Shown piece by piece: positions 39,996-56,557 of a DNA stretch of 64,000 nucleotides. Position numbers and translations under genes: made by a program. The stretch's first letter is position 1; every line of letters starts with the position of its first letter. The notes under the pieces are model-generated. The model ran no database searches and was not told the origin of the DNA. It saw only the letters and a list, made by a program, of their open reading frames with translations. The stretch is from the NCBI GenBank assembly GCA_964016885.1, contig OZ024756.1:21142001-21206000 (forward strand), in the 5' to 3' direction. Origin of the DNA: Eledone cirrhosa (Eukaryota).

Positions 39996-40265
39996 CAATG
40001 CTGCTGCCACCACCGCCGCATCCACCAACACAACCACCACCAACACCATCACCGCCACAAGCACCTAACACCACCACCACCACCACCACCACCACCACCA
40101 GCACCATCATCATCATCAGATCCATCACCACCCTCACCATCACAACCATCACCACCGACCGTCCCCACCACTACCACCAGACACACCACCACCACCGTCC
40201 CCACCACTACCACCAGACCCACCACCACCACCACCACCACCGCTAGCAGCAGTGGTAGTAGTAGG
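39640..40265. repeat. (CTA)/(CTG)/(CAC) compound trinucleotide repeat with internal duplication
   Basis: Direct inspection. Confidence 0.9.
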
Positions 40266-40392
40266 AGTAAAAAAAAAAATCATTTGCTAGGCGTCTTCAG
40301 GAAGGCGCATCAGCCGTAAGTCCACGCCCCTGTGTTTACATACATGTATACATACATACATACATACATACATACATACATACATACATACA

Positions 40393-40424
<32 letters not shown>

Positions 40425-40815
40425 GACGTATAGACGTACATACATACATACATACACATATATATATAGACATACATACACACTTACGTTCATACATACA
40501 TACATATCTACCTATGTTCATAGATACATATATAAACAAACATAGATACATGCAAATATACATACAAACATTCACACACATATATGCATACATATATATG
40601 CATGCATACATATGTAAAGACATAGATACGTAAATATACGTTTTTATATATATATATATATATATTAATTTATATATATATATATATTAATATATATATA
40701 TAAATATACATACATACATATAGACTAATTCGGTATACGTCGACTGTTATAATCTTAAAATGACCATAACCCTGTTAGTAAAATTTGGTAAACGCAAAAT
40801 GTGTGAATGTTAGGT

Positions 40816-40909
<94 letters not shown>

Positions 40910-40940
40910 ACACACACACATACATACATACATACATACA

Positions 40941-41015
<75 letters not shown>

Positions 41016-41207
41016 TAATCTACATATATTTATATATTTATTCTTTGCTTAAACTTTAATCTGTTATTTTAATAAATATATATATATATATATATATAAA
41101 TATATGTAGATTAATTTATATATATATATATATCAGCCGGGTAAAATTCCCTCCACCAATGGTCTCTGAATTTCCCGCGTCTCCCGGGTATCAGTGTCTG
41201 CACCGAG

Positions 41208-41240
<33 letters not shown>

Positions 41241-41317
41241 GTATATATTACACTATCACGTGCATCAGCCAATATGCTAAGGCCATGTTTAAGCACCCAT
41301 CTATTATATATATATAT

Positions 41318-41443
41318 AAAACACGTGGGTGAAAACAGGGAGGACAAGGGAACACAAGGACAATTCCTGTATATCGTCTGAATCATTTTCGTTTCGAAAT
41401 GATTCTTGTGTTTGTGTCTTCCGAGTTTTCACCCACGTGTTTT
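41318..41443. repeat. Imperfect fold-back element
   Basis: AAAACACGTGGGTGAAAAC pairs with GTTTTCACCCACGTGTTTT. Inner hairpin gaatcattttcgtttcgaaatgattc. Confidence 0.75.
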
Positions 41444-41547
41444 TCTTTGTCAAATAATATTTACTGGTAACCACATTTTTAATTATATCTATATATATAT
41501 ATATGTACGATATTAATAAATGGAAATTATATTTATAAAACCTTATT

Positions 41548-41612
41548 TATTTCATTATACATATTTCAGGGATACCAAATTAAATTATGGTATGCCTTCA
41601 TCAGACAAAATA
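41548..41612 (-). ncRNA. Type I HHR (family H), intact core
   Basis: Minus strand: TATTTTGT-CTGATGA-AGGCATACCA TAATTTAATT TGGTATCCCT-GAAA-TATGT-ATA-ATGAAATA. Confidence 0.85.
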
Positions 41613-41796
41613 CAATATATAACAGTTTTACAAATAAGCTTTGACGTACCCTTTTAAAATGCGACCATTATTTTTGGAGGCCATCTGGATATTATTAATA
41701 TCGTATATCTACTCCAAATACTTGTCGAGTGCTTTATATCAGTTATAAAAATATTTACTTGTTGTATCCCAACAATTTAAATAGAACTTTTGCATA

Positions 41797-41827
<31 letters not shown>

Positions 41828-42068
41828 ATATTTATATTAGAAATATAAGCTATCGTCGTACATGTACGTCAATACTCATCTTTTTCCATTTCTCCGAGGG
41901 TTCTTAAACCCACTATCAGGCTAAATAATTTCTTTAATTTCTTTAGTCAAAATACGGCGATAGCTTATATTTCAAAGTTCAAACTGTTTCGAAAATATTC
42001 TTACATATATTTATATATATATATATATGTATATATATATTTATATATTATTACTATAATATATATAA

Positions 42069-42279
42069 GTCGATCGACTTTCGTCAAATCGGACCGGGAA
42101 ACAATGTTTCCGTTGGTCTTTCCAATTGCTAATACTATCTATCGGTTGCAACTCCAGGTAGAAGGAGCAACGTGAAATAACGTGTCTTGCTCAAGGACAT
42201 AACGCATCGCCTGGTCCGAGAATCGAACTCTCAACCTCACGATTGCGAATCCAATTCTCCAACCACTCAGCCACGCGCC
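42069..42279 (-). mobile_element. SINE family B (tRNA head plus V-domain-like core), full length
   Basis: Minus strand has A box TGGCTGAGTGG, B box GAGTTCGATTC and core 'tgtccttgagcaagacac'. Confidence 0.88.
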
Positions 42280-42281
42280 AT

Positions 42282-42852
<571 letters not shown>

Positions 42853-43474
42853 CATGGTGGCTGCCAACTCGTTTTCGAGTACGGCCACTACTTTATATCC
42901 ATGTAGGAGAACCCCTACCGATGCGCTGAACGAGTGTGAGTTTCTAGTCCAGCCAGCGACTTGAAAACTCTGGCACAAATACCCCACTTGTGACCATTAT
43001 TGACATATAGTGCTGGGCCCATGGTACATGTGATGACAAGTGCAGAGATATCTCCAGATATAAAGCAATGCCTGTGCCGTGAAGCTTTTATAGTGAGCAA
43101 AGGCACTGCACAAAGCCAGTCCCACTCTCTTAACCAAGATGATATTTACCAAAAAGAAGAACAAGTCAACATCATTGGATACCATCAGGGTTGCAGGTGT
43201 TATATCAGAGTTTTCCTTCTCCTAGAATTCTGCCTTGACAAAGGCTAAGGGGTCATCTCTCCCTGTGATTTTGGATGGCCATTGACTCTTAAGAGCTCCT
43301 TTGCCCTTTGACAGGTCTTGTTTTTAGTCCTGCAGGATGTCCAAAGTCACCCTCCTCACCAAGAAACCTTGGTGGGGTTGCCAGTTTAGTCGCCAACGAC
43401 CCGACCATGAGACAGGTTGTACTGGGATACATGTTACCAGTAGCACCAACTGATGACCAACTGGTGACCTGACA
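42853..43474 (-). mobile_element. Internally deleted non-autonomous RTE element (5' UTR joined to a C-terminal zinc-finger remnant and 3' UTR)
   Basis: 5' UTR motif 'ctaggagaaggaaaactctga' and ORF remnant [21 protein letters not shown] (decayed C2H2). The 5' end is shared with 11733-11945. Confidence 0.7.
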
Positions 43475-43476
43475 TA

Positions 43477-44539
<1,063 letters not shown>

Positions 44540-44540
44540 A

Positions 44541-44745
44541 GGCGTGTGGCTGAGTGGTTAGGGAATTGGATTCGCAATCGTAAGGTTGTGAGTTCGGTTC
44601 CTGGACCAGGTGATGCGTTATGTCCTTGAGCAAGACACTTTATTTTCACGTTGCTCCTTCTACCTGGAGTTGCGACCGATAGATAGCAATTGGAAAGACC
44701 AACGGAAACATTGTTCCCTCGGTCCGATTTGACGAAAGTCGATCG
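44541..44745 (+). mobile_element. SINE family B, full length
   Basis: TGGCTGAGTGG ... GAGTTCGGTTCC ... tgtccttgagcaagacactttattttcacgttgctcc. Confidence 0.88.
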
Positions 44746-44972
44746 TTCCTAAAATATATATATATATATATATACATATATACTCGTATATATATATATT
44801 TATATTATTACTATATGTATATATATACTCGTATATATATATATATGTATATATATATATTACTATATGTATATATATATATATACTCGTATATATATAT
44901 ATATTACTATATGTATATATATATATATCGTATATATATATATATTACTATATGTATATAGATATATATAAG

Positions 44973-45160
44973 GGCGGTGGATTGGCAGTATTGGTAGAGG
45001 GTCGGACGCCATGCTTTGACGCATAGAGTTACAGCCCTTGTCATTCTGAGTTCAAATCCCGCCGAGGTTAACTTTGCCTTTCATCCTTACGGGGTCGATA
45101 AAATAAAGTACCAGTAATACACTTGGTAATTGCTGGCCTTGTGCCTAACGTAGAAACAAC
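44973..45160 (+). mobile_element. SINE family A, full length
   Basis: Same consensus as the 29696 copy. Confidence 0.92.
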
Positions 45161-45252
45161 TATATGTATATAGATATATACTCGTATATATATATATATT
45201 ACTATATGTATATATATATATATACTCGTATATATATATATATTACTATATG

Positions 45253-45285
<33 letters not shown>

Positions 45286-45361
45286 TACTATATATATATA
45301 TATATATATTACTATATATTTATATATATATATATTACTATATGTATATATATATATACCC

Positions 45362-45409
<48 letters not shown>

Positions 45410-45474
45410 ATATATATATATGCGGTGATGAATTTGTTTTGCAAGGTTTTTGATATGAAATCGTGTGTTGAAAG

Positions 45475-46520
45475 AAATATTGTTATATTTGGGGAGGGTC
45501 AAATCTATAACATTGCCAGAAATAATAATTGATACTACTTTTTGGCACAAGGCCAGCAATTATCCCAGTGCATTACTGGTACTTTATTTTATCGACTCCG
45601 TAAGGATGAAAGGCAAAGTTAACCTCGGCGGGATTTGAACTCAAAATAATTGTTTCTACTTTTGGCACTAGGACAGCAAATACCCAGTGCATTACTGGTA
45701 CTTTATTTTATCGACCCCGTAAGGATGAAAGGCAAAGTTAACCTCGGCGGGATTTGAACTCAAAATAATTGTTTCTACTTTTGGCACTAGGACAGCAAAT
45801 ACCCAGTGCATTACTGGTACTTTATTTTATCGACCCCGTAAGGATGAAAGGCAAAGTTAACCTCGGCGGGATTTGAACTCAGAATAGCAAGGGCTGTAAC
45901 ACTATGCGTCAAAGCATGGCGTCCGACCCTCTACCGATACTGCCAATTCGCTGTTTGGTTTGGATTGGTTTTCGTTTCTGTATATTTTATATTCCTATAA
46001 TTAATTTAGCTGGCAATCAATGTTTATCATTGGTTGACGAACAGGTAAAAATATAGATATAAATATATTTATATAGTCTAAATTAACTATAGGGATATAA
46101 AATATACAGAAGTGTATACCAAGCCAAAGTAAACAGTGAGTGTGTTTTATTAGATTGGCAGTATCGGTAGAGGGTCGGATGCCATGTTTTGACGTATAGA
46201 GTTACGGCCCTTGCCATTCTGAGTTCAAATCCCGCCGAGGTTAACTTTGCCTTTCATCCTTACGGGGTCGATAAAATGAAGTACCAATAATGCACTGGGT
46301 ATTTGCTGTCCTAGTGCCAAAAGTAGAAACAATTATTTTGAGTTCAAATCCCGCCGAGGTTAAATTTGCCTTTCCTCCTTACGGGGTCGATAAAATAAAG
46401 TACCAGTAATACACTGAGTAATTGCTGGCCTTGTACCAAAAGTAGAAACAATTACCTGGCCTTGTGCCAAAAAGTTGAAACAATTATTATTTCGTGCAAT
46501 ATTATAACTATATGACCTAC
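45475..46520. mobile_element. Inverted pair of family X elements (about 1 kb), each arm carrying a SINE A multimer (45530-45950 minus, 46152-46488 plus)
   Basis: The left arm is the reverse complement of the right arm in both the host element and the SINE stack, including the 'caaaataat' junction and the 'ctaggacagcaaat' variant. Confidence 0.8.
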
Positions 46521-46739
46521 AATAATTATTTGTGTGTGTGTGTGTGTATGTGTGTGTGGTATTTTAGCATAAAGAAGTTAACACTCTAGAAATTAGTCTA
46601 ACTACTAGTGACGGAATGTTATGTCCAAGTTTTTTATGATAGTAAAAAGGTGTTGACTTTAAACAGACGTGGCTTAAAAAAGAAATCATATTCGCAAAAC
46701 ATTTGTAAAAATATATTATCTGTTTATGTGTATATATAT

Positions 46740-46955
46740 GAAAAATATGGGGAGAAGAATACTGCATGGTTGCACATGGATTACATGTTATAAAATGAGT
46801 CCCTCATCAGTGATTTGGTATTTCATATATATATATATATTTTTTATGCGATGTAATATCAATGATGGTTGGCAAATCACTGGACGAAGGACTATTTTTA
46901 TCATATGTAACCCATGTGCATCCACGCAGTATTCTTCTTTCTTCTCATGTTTTAT
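46740..46955. repeat. Inverted pair of units of about 80 bp with an HHR 5' box
   Basis: 46740-46818 mirrors 46875-46955. The minus strand has aaatca-CTGATGA-gggact. Confidence 0.6.
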
Positions 46956-47031
46956 ATATATATATATATATATAAAGAATTAATATCTAGTAACATATAT
47001 CTAGTCTCTCATATTATATATATATATATAT

Positions 47032-47210
47032 ATTGTTATACTTGGGGAGGGTCATATTTGTGTAATATTGCCAGAATTAATAACAGAACACACTCACTGT
47101 TTGGTTTTCGCTTTTCGCTTCTGTGTCTTTTATATCGGTTAATTTAATTTATTCGGTCCTCAATGTTGCCATTGACTGACCAACGGTCAAAAATACAGAT
47201 ACTATATAGA
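47032..47210 (-). mobile_element. Family X element, empty-site copy
   Basis: tattgttatacttggggagggtc...gccagaattaataacagaacacactcactgtttgg. Confidence 0.75.
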
Positions 47211-47231
47211 CACAAACACATATATATAGTT

Positions 47232-47275
47232 TATCATAATTCTTTCGTTGCACATCTGCAACATCGTCAGTGGTG
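47232..47275 (-). ncRNA. Minimal HHR, helix I partly decayed
   Basis: Minus strand: CACCA-CTGACGA-T-GTTGCA GATG TGCAAC-GAAA-GAAT-TA-TGATA. Confidence 0.65.
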
Positions 47276-47525
47276 CTATTGTTTCCTCCCGTTGCATTGT
47301 ATTTTCTACGCCATCTTTATTTAAGTCTGTTTATATATTTATTTATTTGTTTATTTTTTTTCTTCTTTGCGCATGCGTTTGCGTGAGTGTATAGTGTTTT
47401 GTTTGATGTGTGTTCGTGATTGGGTGACTGTGTATTGGTTAATGTATTCTATCTTTACTTGTGTGTGTTTAAATGTGTTTGTTGTTATTGTGTTTGTGTA
47501 TGTATTTATTTATTTATCTATGTAT

Positions 47526-47564
<39 letters not shown>

Positions 47565-47789
47565 TACTTCTCTTAGGTCAGTGTTGTTTGTTTGGGTGTT
47601 GTTGTTATTCCATTCATTTTTTCTGTTTAGCCTTGGCCTTCTAAGTTCTATTTCGCTGGCCTCTCTGATTTGCTTATTTGCTGGGTCATTTCTATGTTTA
47701 GATATTATTCTAATTTCTATGTTGTCTATATTACCGTCGTGTTGTTGTCTGGCATGTTCATATATATATGTAGGCGTTCTTGATTTCTT

Positions 47790-48660
<871 letters not shown>

Positions 48661-48843
48661 TCATCTATAGACGTATACATTATTATAGAAATGACTTCTA
48701 CAAATGTACTACAACTGTAAGAATGACACCGTTTTCATGATGTAGAAGTTATTTCATAATAGAATAAATATACACATACTCTACTAACGCATTGAGTACT
48801 CGTTCTAACTGTGATCACCTCCCGATATACACCAGGAATCCAC

Positions 48844-48879
<36 letters not shown>

Positions 48880-49267
48880 CAAGGCCTTGTTTAAGGAGGG
48901 TACCAGGGGACAACCCCTCCCCCACACACACACTTTTTCAAACGTCTATATTTTATTTTTTGTTTATTTGATTTATTAAATTCTTTTTAAGCTTATTTTT
49001 TTTATATCTGAATATATAAAATTTAATTAGCGTAAAATTATCCTTATGTGATAGGGTCCGAGTAAGGCACCATAAGTAATACTAACATGCCCCTTTAGGA
49101 ATCAACAAATGTTGGTTTGTCCCCCTCACATTTTGTATATATATTTTGTATATATATACTGTATATATATATACAGATATACAAACACACTTACAAATAT
49201 ATTCAATATATTTGTAAGTGTGAGTATATTAAACAAAAAGCGGACAATGTCAATGACAATAGAAAGA

Positions 49268-49308
<41 letters not shown>

Positions 49309-49330
49309 GGCACAGGACAATGACAATAGA

Positions 49331-49380
<50 letters not shown>

Positions 49381-49449
49381 CTTTGATACCTTTGATAGGT
49401 TTCGGCCAGTATTGGCCGAGGCCATGTCTAACTTAATAACACCACCTGG

Positions 49450-49514
<65 letters not shown>

Positions 49515-49596
49515 CATGTATACGCACATACATATATGTATACAACGTACAGTAGTATGTATATATATATATACACACACATATATGCACGTATGG

Positions 49597-50352
49597 ACCC
49601 ACCGAACATTTATTATAATGCTCGGTGTGTTTGTAAACAAACATCCCGAATTAAGCCGTACAATGTCTAGCAACCATCGTTGCTCATTTGTTCAACACTG
49701 ACAAAGGAACGCTGTACTAGTTTCAAGCTTATTAGCTATCGTCAGCAACGTATACCTTCCTGCCAGATTGTTGAACAAATGAGCAACGATGTACTAAGAG
49801 TGAGAAATGAAATTTCGTTTCATTTTTTCCAATATATATATATATATTTATATATGCATTTTTATATATATATATACATATATATACATGAATCTATATA
49901 TGTGTATATGTATGTATATATATATAAAAAAAAATATATATATAATTGTATATGAATATACATATATATATGTATTTATATATGTATTTATATATATGAA
50001 TATACGTATAAATATAAATGGAAAAGAATGAAACGAAATTTCATTTCTCACTCTTAGTACGGCTGATACTTATCGTTGTCGGTGCGCCCGGCCGACTAAC
50101 TCACTCGATATGCAAATTAGGCTGCTCAGCCGTTAATATGCATAAGGAAAGTATATACTTTCAGACGTTCAACCATCTGACAGAAAGGTATACGATGCTG
50201 ATGATAGCTAACAAGCTTGAAACTAGTACATCGTTCCTGTGTCAGTGTTGAACAAAAAGGTGACGATGGTTGCCTGAACACTGTACGGCGTAATTCGGGC
50301 TGTTTGTTTACAAAAAAACCGAGCATTATAATAAATGTTCTGTAAACCCACA
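49597..50352. mobile_element. Two diverged copies of an unclassified element (about 230-330 bp) in inverted orientation around a (TA)n spacer
   Basis: 49597-49830 is the reverse complement of 50020-50350 (gaacatttattataatgctcgg / ccgagcattataataaatgttc; gtactaagagtgagaaatgaaatttcgtttcatt / aatgaaacgaaatttcatttctcactcttagtac). Confidence 0.8.
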
Positions 50353-50566
50353 CGTACATATATATATGTGTGCATGTATACTGCACGTCTGTATACATAT
50401 ATGTATGTACGTATACATACATACTTACGTATAAATATATATATATATATATAGATAATTTAATATATCTACTAACATAAGCGCACAGATGTACCCTAAT
50501 GCCAGCAAATACACAGGTTATGTCATAGTACCTAGGTGGTTCAATGCAGGAGGATGCAGAACAATA

Positions 50567-50690
50567 ATATAAAAGACGTAAAATAAGAAAATTAAAAAAA
50601 AAAAAATTTTTTTTAAATTAACTTACTTACTTAAAATTTAAGTAAGTTAATTTTTTAAAAAATTTTTAAAAAAAATTTTCTTATTTTACG

Positions 50691-50700
<10 letters not shown>
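50567..50700. repeat. AT-rich palindrome
   Basis: atataaaagacgtaaaataagaaaatt / aattttcttattttacgtcttttatat, with inner attaacttactta / taagtaagttaat. Confidence 0.8.
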
Positions 50701-50728
<28 letters not shown>

Positions 50729-50808
50729 ACTATCCGGGAGCTTCTAACAGTAATGGTTGCATTGTTTAAGGGTATGTCAATATTTATTTATAAAACTGCT
50801 CTATATTA

Positions 50809-50873
50809 TATTTTATCTGATGAAAGCACACCATAATTTAACTTGGTGTCCTTGAAATATGTATAATGAAATA
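50809..50873 (+). ncRNA. Type I HHR (family H), intact core
   Basis: TATTTTAT-CTGATGA-AAGCACACCA TAATTTAACT TGGTGTCCTT-GAAA-TATGT-ATA-ATGAAATA. Confidence 0.85.
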
Positions 50874-50913
50874 AATATGGTTTTATAAATATAGTTTCCA
50901 TTTGTTAATATCG

Positions 50914-50979
<66 letters not shown>

Positions 50980-51061
50980 CGAAGGAAATGTGGTAAGGAA
51001 CCAGGTGGACCATAACGCACCAAAGTACTCAATACTTAGGGTAGTAGAGTGGGTAATAGGA

Positions 51062-51131
51062 ACGAGTAGGTCGCCGACGGCTGAGCTCAAGCCGTTTCGA
51101 CGGCTTGAGCTCAGCCGTCGGGGTCCTACTC

Positions 51132-51133
<2 letters not shown>
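51062..51133. repeat. Fold-back hairpin in a family Y element
   Basis: ccgacggctgagctcaagccgt-ttcg-acggcttgagctcagccgtcgg. Confidence 0.9.
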
Positions 51134-51199
<66 letters not shown>

Positions 51200-51644
51200 G
51201 AATCTATCTCTCTCTATATATATATATAAAACTGTGTATATATGTGCATGTGTAACTGTCTTTGTTGGTGTGTGTTGCTGTAATGTGACCTGTATCTGAT
51301 ACAGTGTGTCCGACGAAGCATGTTTTATTGTTTTAATACTGATATAGTTGTCACCACTACAGTCAATGCCCTTTCAATATATAATCACACAGAAAAACTG
51401 CATTAATTTTTCCTTGTAGACAGATATGACATGTTTCTAATGCATATGATGTCTGCATTAGTGCATATGATCTCTGCATTAATGCATATGATGCAATTTA
51501 ACGAAGAGTATAGTTTCAATGTGGGCCATTTATTTATGCACAGACCGTTTACCAAATAAACAATTTGTAACAGAAGAGATGGAATTTCGGGAACTGTACA
51601 ACATTTTGACTTAGAAGTTATTGTATTTTTTGCTTTCTTCATTG

Positions 51645-52085
51645 TGCTGTTGGTGGTGATAGCGTGGTGGTGGTGGTGGTGATAGTGTGGTGGTGGTGGT
51701 GATGGTGATAGTGTGGTGGTGGTGGTGGTGGTGATAGCGTGGTGGTGGTGGTGGTGATAGTGTGGTGGTGGTGGTGATGGTGATAGCGTGGTGGTGGTGG
51801 TGGTGGTGATAGCGTGGTGGTGGTGGTGGTGATAGTGTGGTGGTGGTGGTGATGGTGATAGTGTGGTGGTGGTGGTGGTGGTGATAGTGTGGTGGTGGTG
51901 GTGATGGTGATGGTGATAGCGTGGTGGTGGTGGTGATAGTGTGGTGGTGGTGTGGTAGTGGTGGTGGTGGTGATAGTGTGGTGGTGGTGGTGGTGATGGT
52001 GATAGCGTGGTGGTGGTGGTGGTGATAGAGTGGTGGTGGTGGTGATGGTGATGGTGATAGCGTGGTGGTGGTGTTGGTGATATGA
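51645..52085. repeat. (GGT)n-derived minisatellite
   Basis: Direct inspection. Confidence 0.95.
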
Positions 52086-52161
52086 GTTGTGGTAACTGGG
52101 TTGTTCTTTTCTGACCGGTCGTTAGTCTTGAATGTAGGACATAAATTAAGAATGAGTGACG

Positions 52162-52505
52162 TTCTTCTTCTTCTTATTCTTCTTCTTCTTCTTCTTCTTC
52201 TTCTTCTTCTTCTTTGCCTTCTTCTTCTTCTTTGCCTTCTTCTTCTTCTTCTTCTTTGCCTTCTTGCCTTCTTCTTCTTTGCCTTCTTCTTCTTCTTTGC
52301 CTCCTTTGCCTTCTTCTTCTTTGCCTTCTTCTTCTTCTTCTTCTTCTTCTTCTTCTTCTTCTTCTTCTTCTTCTTCTTCTTCTTCTTTGCCTTCTTCTTC
52401 TTCTTTGCCTTCTTCTTCTTCTTCTTTGCCTTCTTCTTCTTCTTCTTCTTCTTCTTCTTTGCCTTCTTCTTCTTCTTCTTTGCTTTCTTTGCCTTCTTCT
52501 TCTTC
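52162..52505. repeat. (CTT)n array punctuated by TGC
   Basis: Direct inspection. Confidence 0.95.
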
Positions 52506-52707
52506 CCCCCCCCCTCTGACAAAATTTCTGATGAGGCTCGATTGAAAAGGAACCCAGCATACTTCGGTGTCTACATGAAATACTGAAATACGGTATGTGA
52601 TGTGGTGGCGTTAACCACTAACTTAATGCGGACGCGCTGGCTATTTTTTGGTAAAACATATTGATGAATTCTTCCTTCTCTCAAGCATCTATCTCTCATT
52701 CCCTCTT

Positions 52708-52735
52708 CCGATGAAGGACTAACGTCCGTAACTTA
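52708..52735 (+). ncRNA. Decayed minimal HHR
   Basis: CCGATGA-A-GGAC-TAAC-GTCC-GTAAC. Two core substitutions; helix II is perfect. Confidence 0.5.
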
Positions 52736-52856
52736 CCTATTATATGAAGCGTTAAACTAATATATATATCATCATTGTATTGTATTGTTCCCATGTATTT
52801 TTTTCCTTCTTGACTTCTCATCCTCTCATTTATCATAATATAATATAATTTAATAT

Positions 52857-52888
<32 letters not shown>

Positions 52889-52937
52889 TATATAAATATA
52901 TATATACATATATATAAATATACATATATATATATAC

Positions 52938-53073
<136 letters not shown>

Positions 53074-53176
53074 GCATATATATATATATAAATATATATA
53101 CATATATATATATAAATATATATACATATATATATATAAATATATATACATATATATATATATAAATATATATACA

Positions 53177-53213
<37 letters not shown>

Positions 53214-53699
53214 GCATATATATATATATAAAATATATATACATATATATATACATATATATACATATATATATATATAAATATCTATATATATATACAC
53301 ATATATATCTGTGTATGTTTGTTTGTGTGTGTGTGTGTGTATTGGATTACGCACATTTAATCTTAAAGTGTAAACGAATGAACAAAACCTCGCGTAAAGA
53401 AAACAAGAGTAGAGAGAAAACAGGATCCAAAACAAAGAAAAGAAAAATTATAATGTTTAGCAAATGTCTTGATGCAATAAATTTTCATAAGTTGATGTGA
53501 CAGACTGTTAGGAAAAATCCCAAGAACCAAATTATAGAATTTTATACTAAAGTGAACACAGAAAATTTATTTTATTAACCACAAATGTTTTTTTACTCTT
53601 TATTTTTATTAACGTTATACCCCCACCCCAATATTTTTATTATTATTATATTTTTATTTATATTTTTATTATTATTATATTTTTATTTTTATTATTATT

Positions 53700-53722
53700 A
53701 TTGTTGTTGTCGTTGTTATCGA

Positions 53723-53786
<64 letters not shown>

Positions 53787-53900
53787 CTTCTTCTTCTTCT
53801 TCTTCTTCTTCTTCTTCTTCTTCTTCTTCTTCTTCTTCTTCTTCTTCTTCTTCTTCTTCTTCTTCTTCTTCTTCTTCTTCTTCTTCTTCTTCTTCTTCTT
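53700..53900. repeat. (GTT)n(CTT)n compound microsatellite
   Basis: Direct inspection; the same compound structure occurs at 59270-59475. Confidence 0.97.
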
Positions 53901-54367
53901 CCCATCCTCCCCTCGGGGAGGGAGAGAAACATAACCAGCCAACATCATACATGGAAGAATATATTTAAGGTTTTCTAGTCGTCGTCGTCGGCTTCTTCTT
54001 CTTCTTCTTCTTCTTCATAAGATTATGACTGTAACATTTCCTTGAATATATGTTTTTTTATTTTGGTGGTGGTGTGGGGAAATTTTATTTAGATAATGTG
54101 TATCAATTTCAAGGAAAGGGATAGACAACCCCACTACCAAAAAAAAAAAAAAAAACCCAAAACAACACCAAATAAAACAAAACCCCCAAATAAAACAAAA
54201 CTGAACATTATCAGCAGACGATTACCGCCGCCATGTTAGTTGTATAGTAAATATATATCACAACTTCTTTGGGAAAACAACAAAAACTCCATCGACTCGT
54301 ACATAACTAATAGTGACCCCGTAGATGAAACGTTTAAAGTATTAGACACACACACACACACACAGTG

Positions 54368-54441
<74 letters not shown>

Positions 54442-54759
54442 TTGTCCCGCGCTCTCTCACTCACTCTCTCTGTATATATATATATATATTAATTAGGGGT
54501 GCCGCATGGCGATTCTAAATAGAGGCATATATGGTATATGGGCAGCATGAACAATATGTTTATATATAATAAATATACATAGGACTCATAAGCTGTGGTC
54601 AGGTCACAGCTTAAAATATCCGGTTTTACTTTATGTTTATTATTCATAAACATATTATATACGCTTTCATATACATCTCTTCCCCTATTTCTTCACACAC
54701 GCACACACACATACAGGCATACACATACACACACAGAGATAAATATGATATATAATGTA

Positions 54760-55720
<961 letters not shown>

Positions 55721-55848
55721 AAGTTATATTTAAAATTGTTGGGTTACAACTAGTAAATATTTATAACTGATATAAAAGAACTCGACAAATATTTGGAGTA
55801 TATTTACAATATTAAATAAATGGAAAACTATATTTATAAAACCATATT

Positions 55849-55914
55849 TATTTCATTATATATATTTCGGGGATATCATATTAACAATATGCTATGCCTT
55901 CATCAGACAAAATA
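55849..55914 (-). ncRNA. Type I HHR (family H)
   Basis: Minus strand: TATTTTGT-CTGATGA-AGGCATAG CATATT GTT AATATG ATATCCCC-GAAA-TATAT-ATA-ATGAAATA. Confidence 0.82.
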
Positions 55915-56060
55915 CAATATAAACAGTTTTATAGATAAATATATTCGACATACCGTAATAAACATCGACTTCATTTGACTGCTAGCGTAAACCTCTTCAA
56001 ATGAAGTCGATGTTTATTACGGTATGTCGAATATATTTATCTATAAAACTGTTTATATTG

Positions 56061-56127
56061 TATTTTTGTCTGATGAAGGCATAGCATATTGTTAATATGA
56101 TATCCCCGAAATATATATAATGAAATA
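56061..56127 (+). ncRNA. Type I HHR (family H)
   Basis: TATTTTTGT-CTGATGA-AGGCATAG CATATT GTT AATATG ATATCCCC-GAAA-TATAT-ATA-ATGAAATA. Confidence 0.82.
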
Positions 56128-56171
56128 AATATGGTTTTATAAATATAGTTTTCCATATATATATATATATA

Positions 56172-56213
<42 letters not shown>

Positions 56214-56508
56214 TATATATATATATATATATGCATATATATATATATATATATATATGCATATATATATATATATGCATATATATATATATATATATAT
56301 ATATGCATATATATATATATGCATATATATATATGCATATATATATATATATATATATATATGCATATATATATATATATGCATATATATATATATGCAT
56401 ATATATATATATATATATGCATATATATATATATGCATATATATATATATATGCATACATATATGCACACACACACACATATATATATACATATATATGG
56501 TATATATA

Positions 56509-56557
<49 letters not shown>

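Larger units (their letters stand above)
55716..56156. mobile_element. Young family H PLE-like insertion: near-perfect inverted repeat of about 160 bp (55820-55978 and 55997-56156), one HHR per arm
   Basis: The arms differ only by small indels around an 18-bp spacer. The left extension 55716-55820 is homologous in reverse to 41695-41794. Confidence 0.88.

Noticed and set aside
43449-43460. CTGATGA as an HHR core
   Set aside because: There is no helix II or GAAA downstream. It arises from a local duplication in the RTE leader.
44541-44615. tRNA gene
   Set aside because: A and B boxes are present but run into a SINE core and tail repeated elsewhere, so this is a SINE head. The same applies to the family A heads.
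50198-50230. CTGATGA-TAGCTAACAAGCTT-GAAA-CTAG-TA as an HHR
   Set aside because: It is tempting (AGCT/AGCT helix, ACTAGT palindrome, mirrored at 49716-49746) and may be real, but helix I (GATG/CATC) is short and I could not establish the element type. I left it uncalled pending an Infernal search.
52528-52570. CTGATGAG...GAAA as an HHR
   Set aside because: No convincing helix II or III and no NUH site with a matching helix I.
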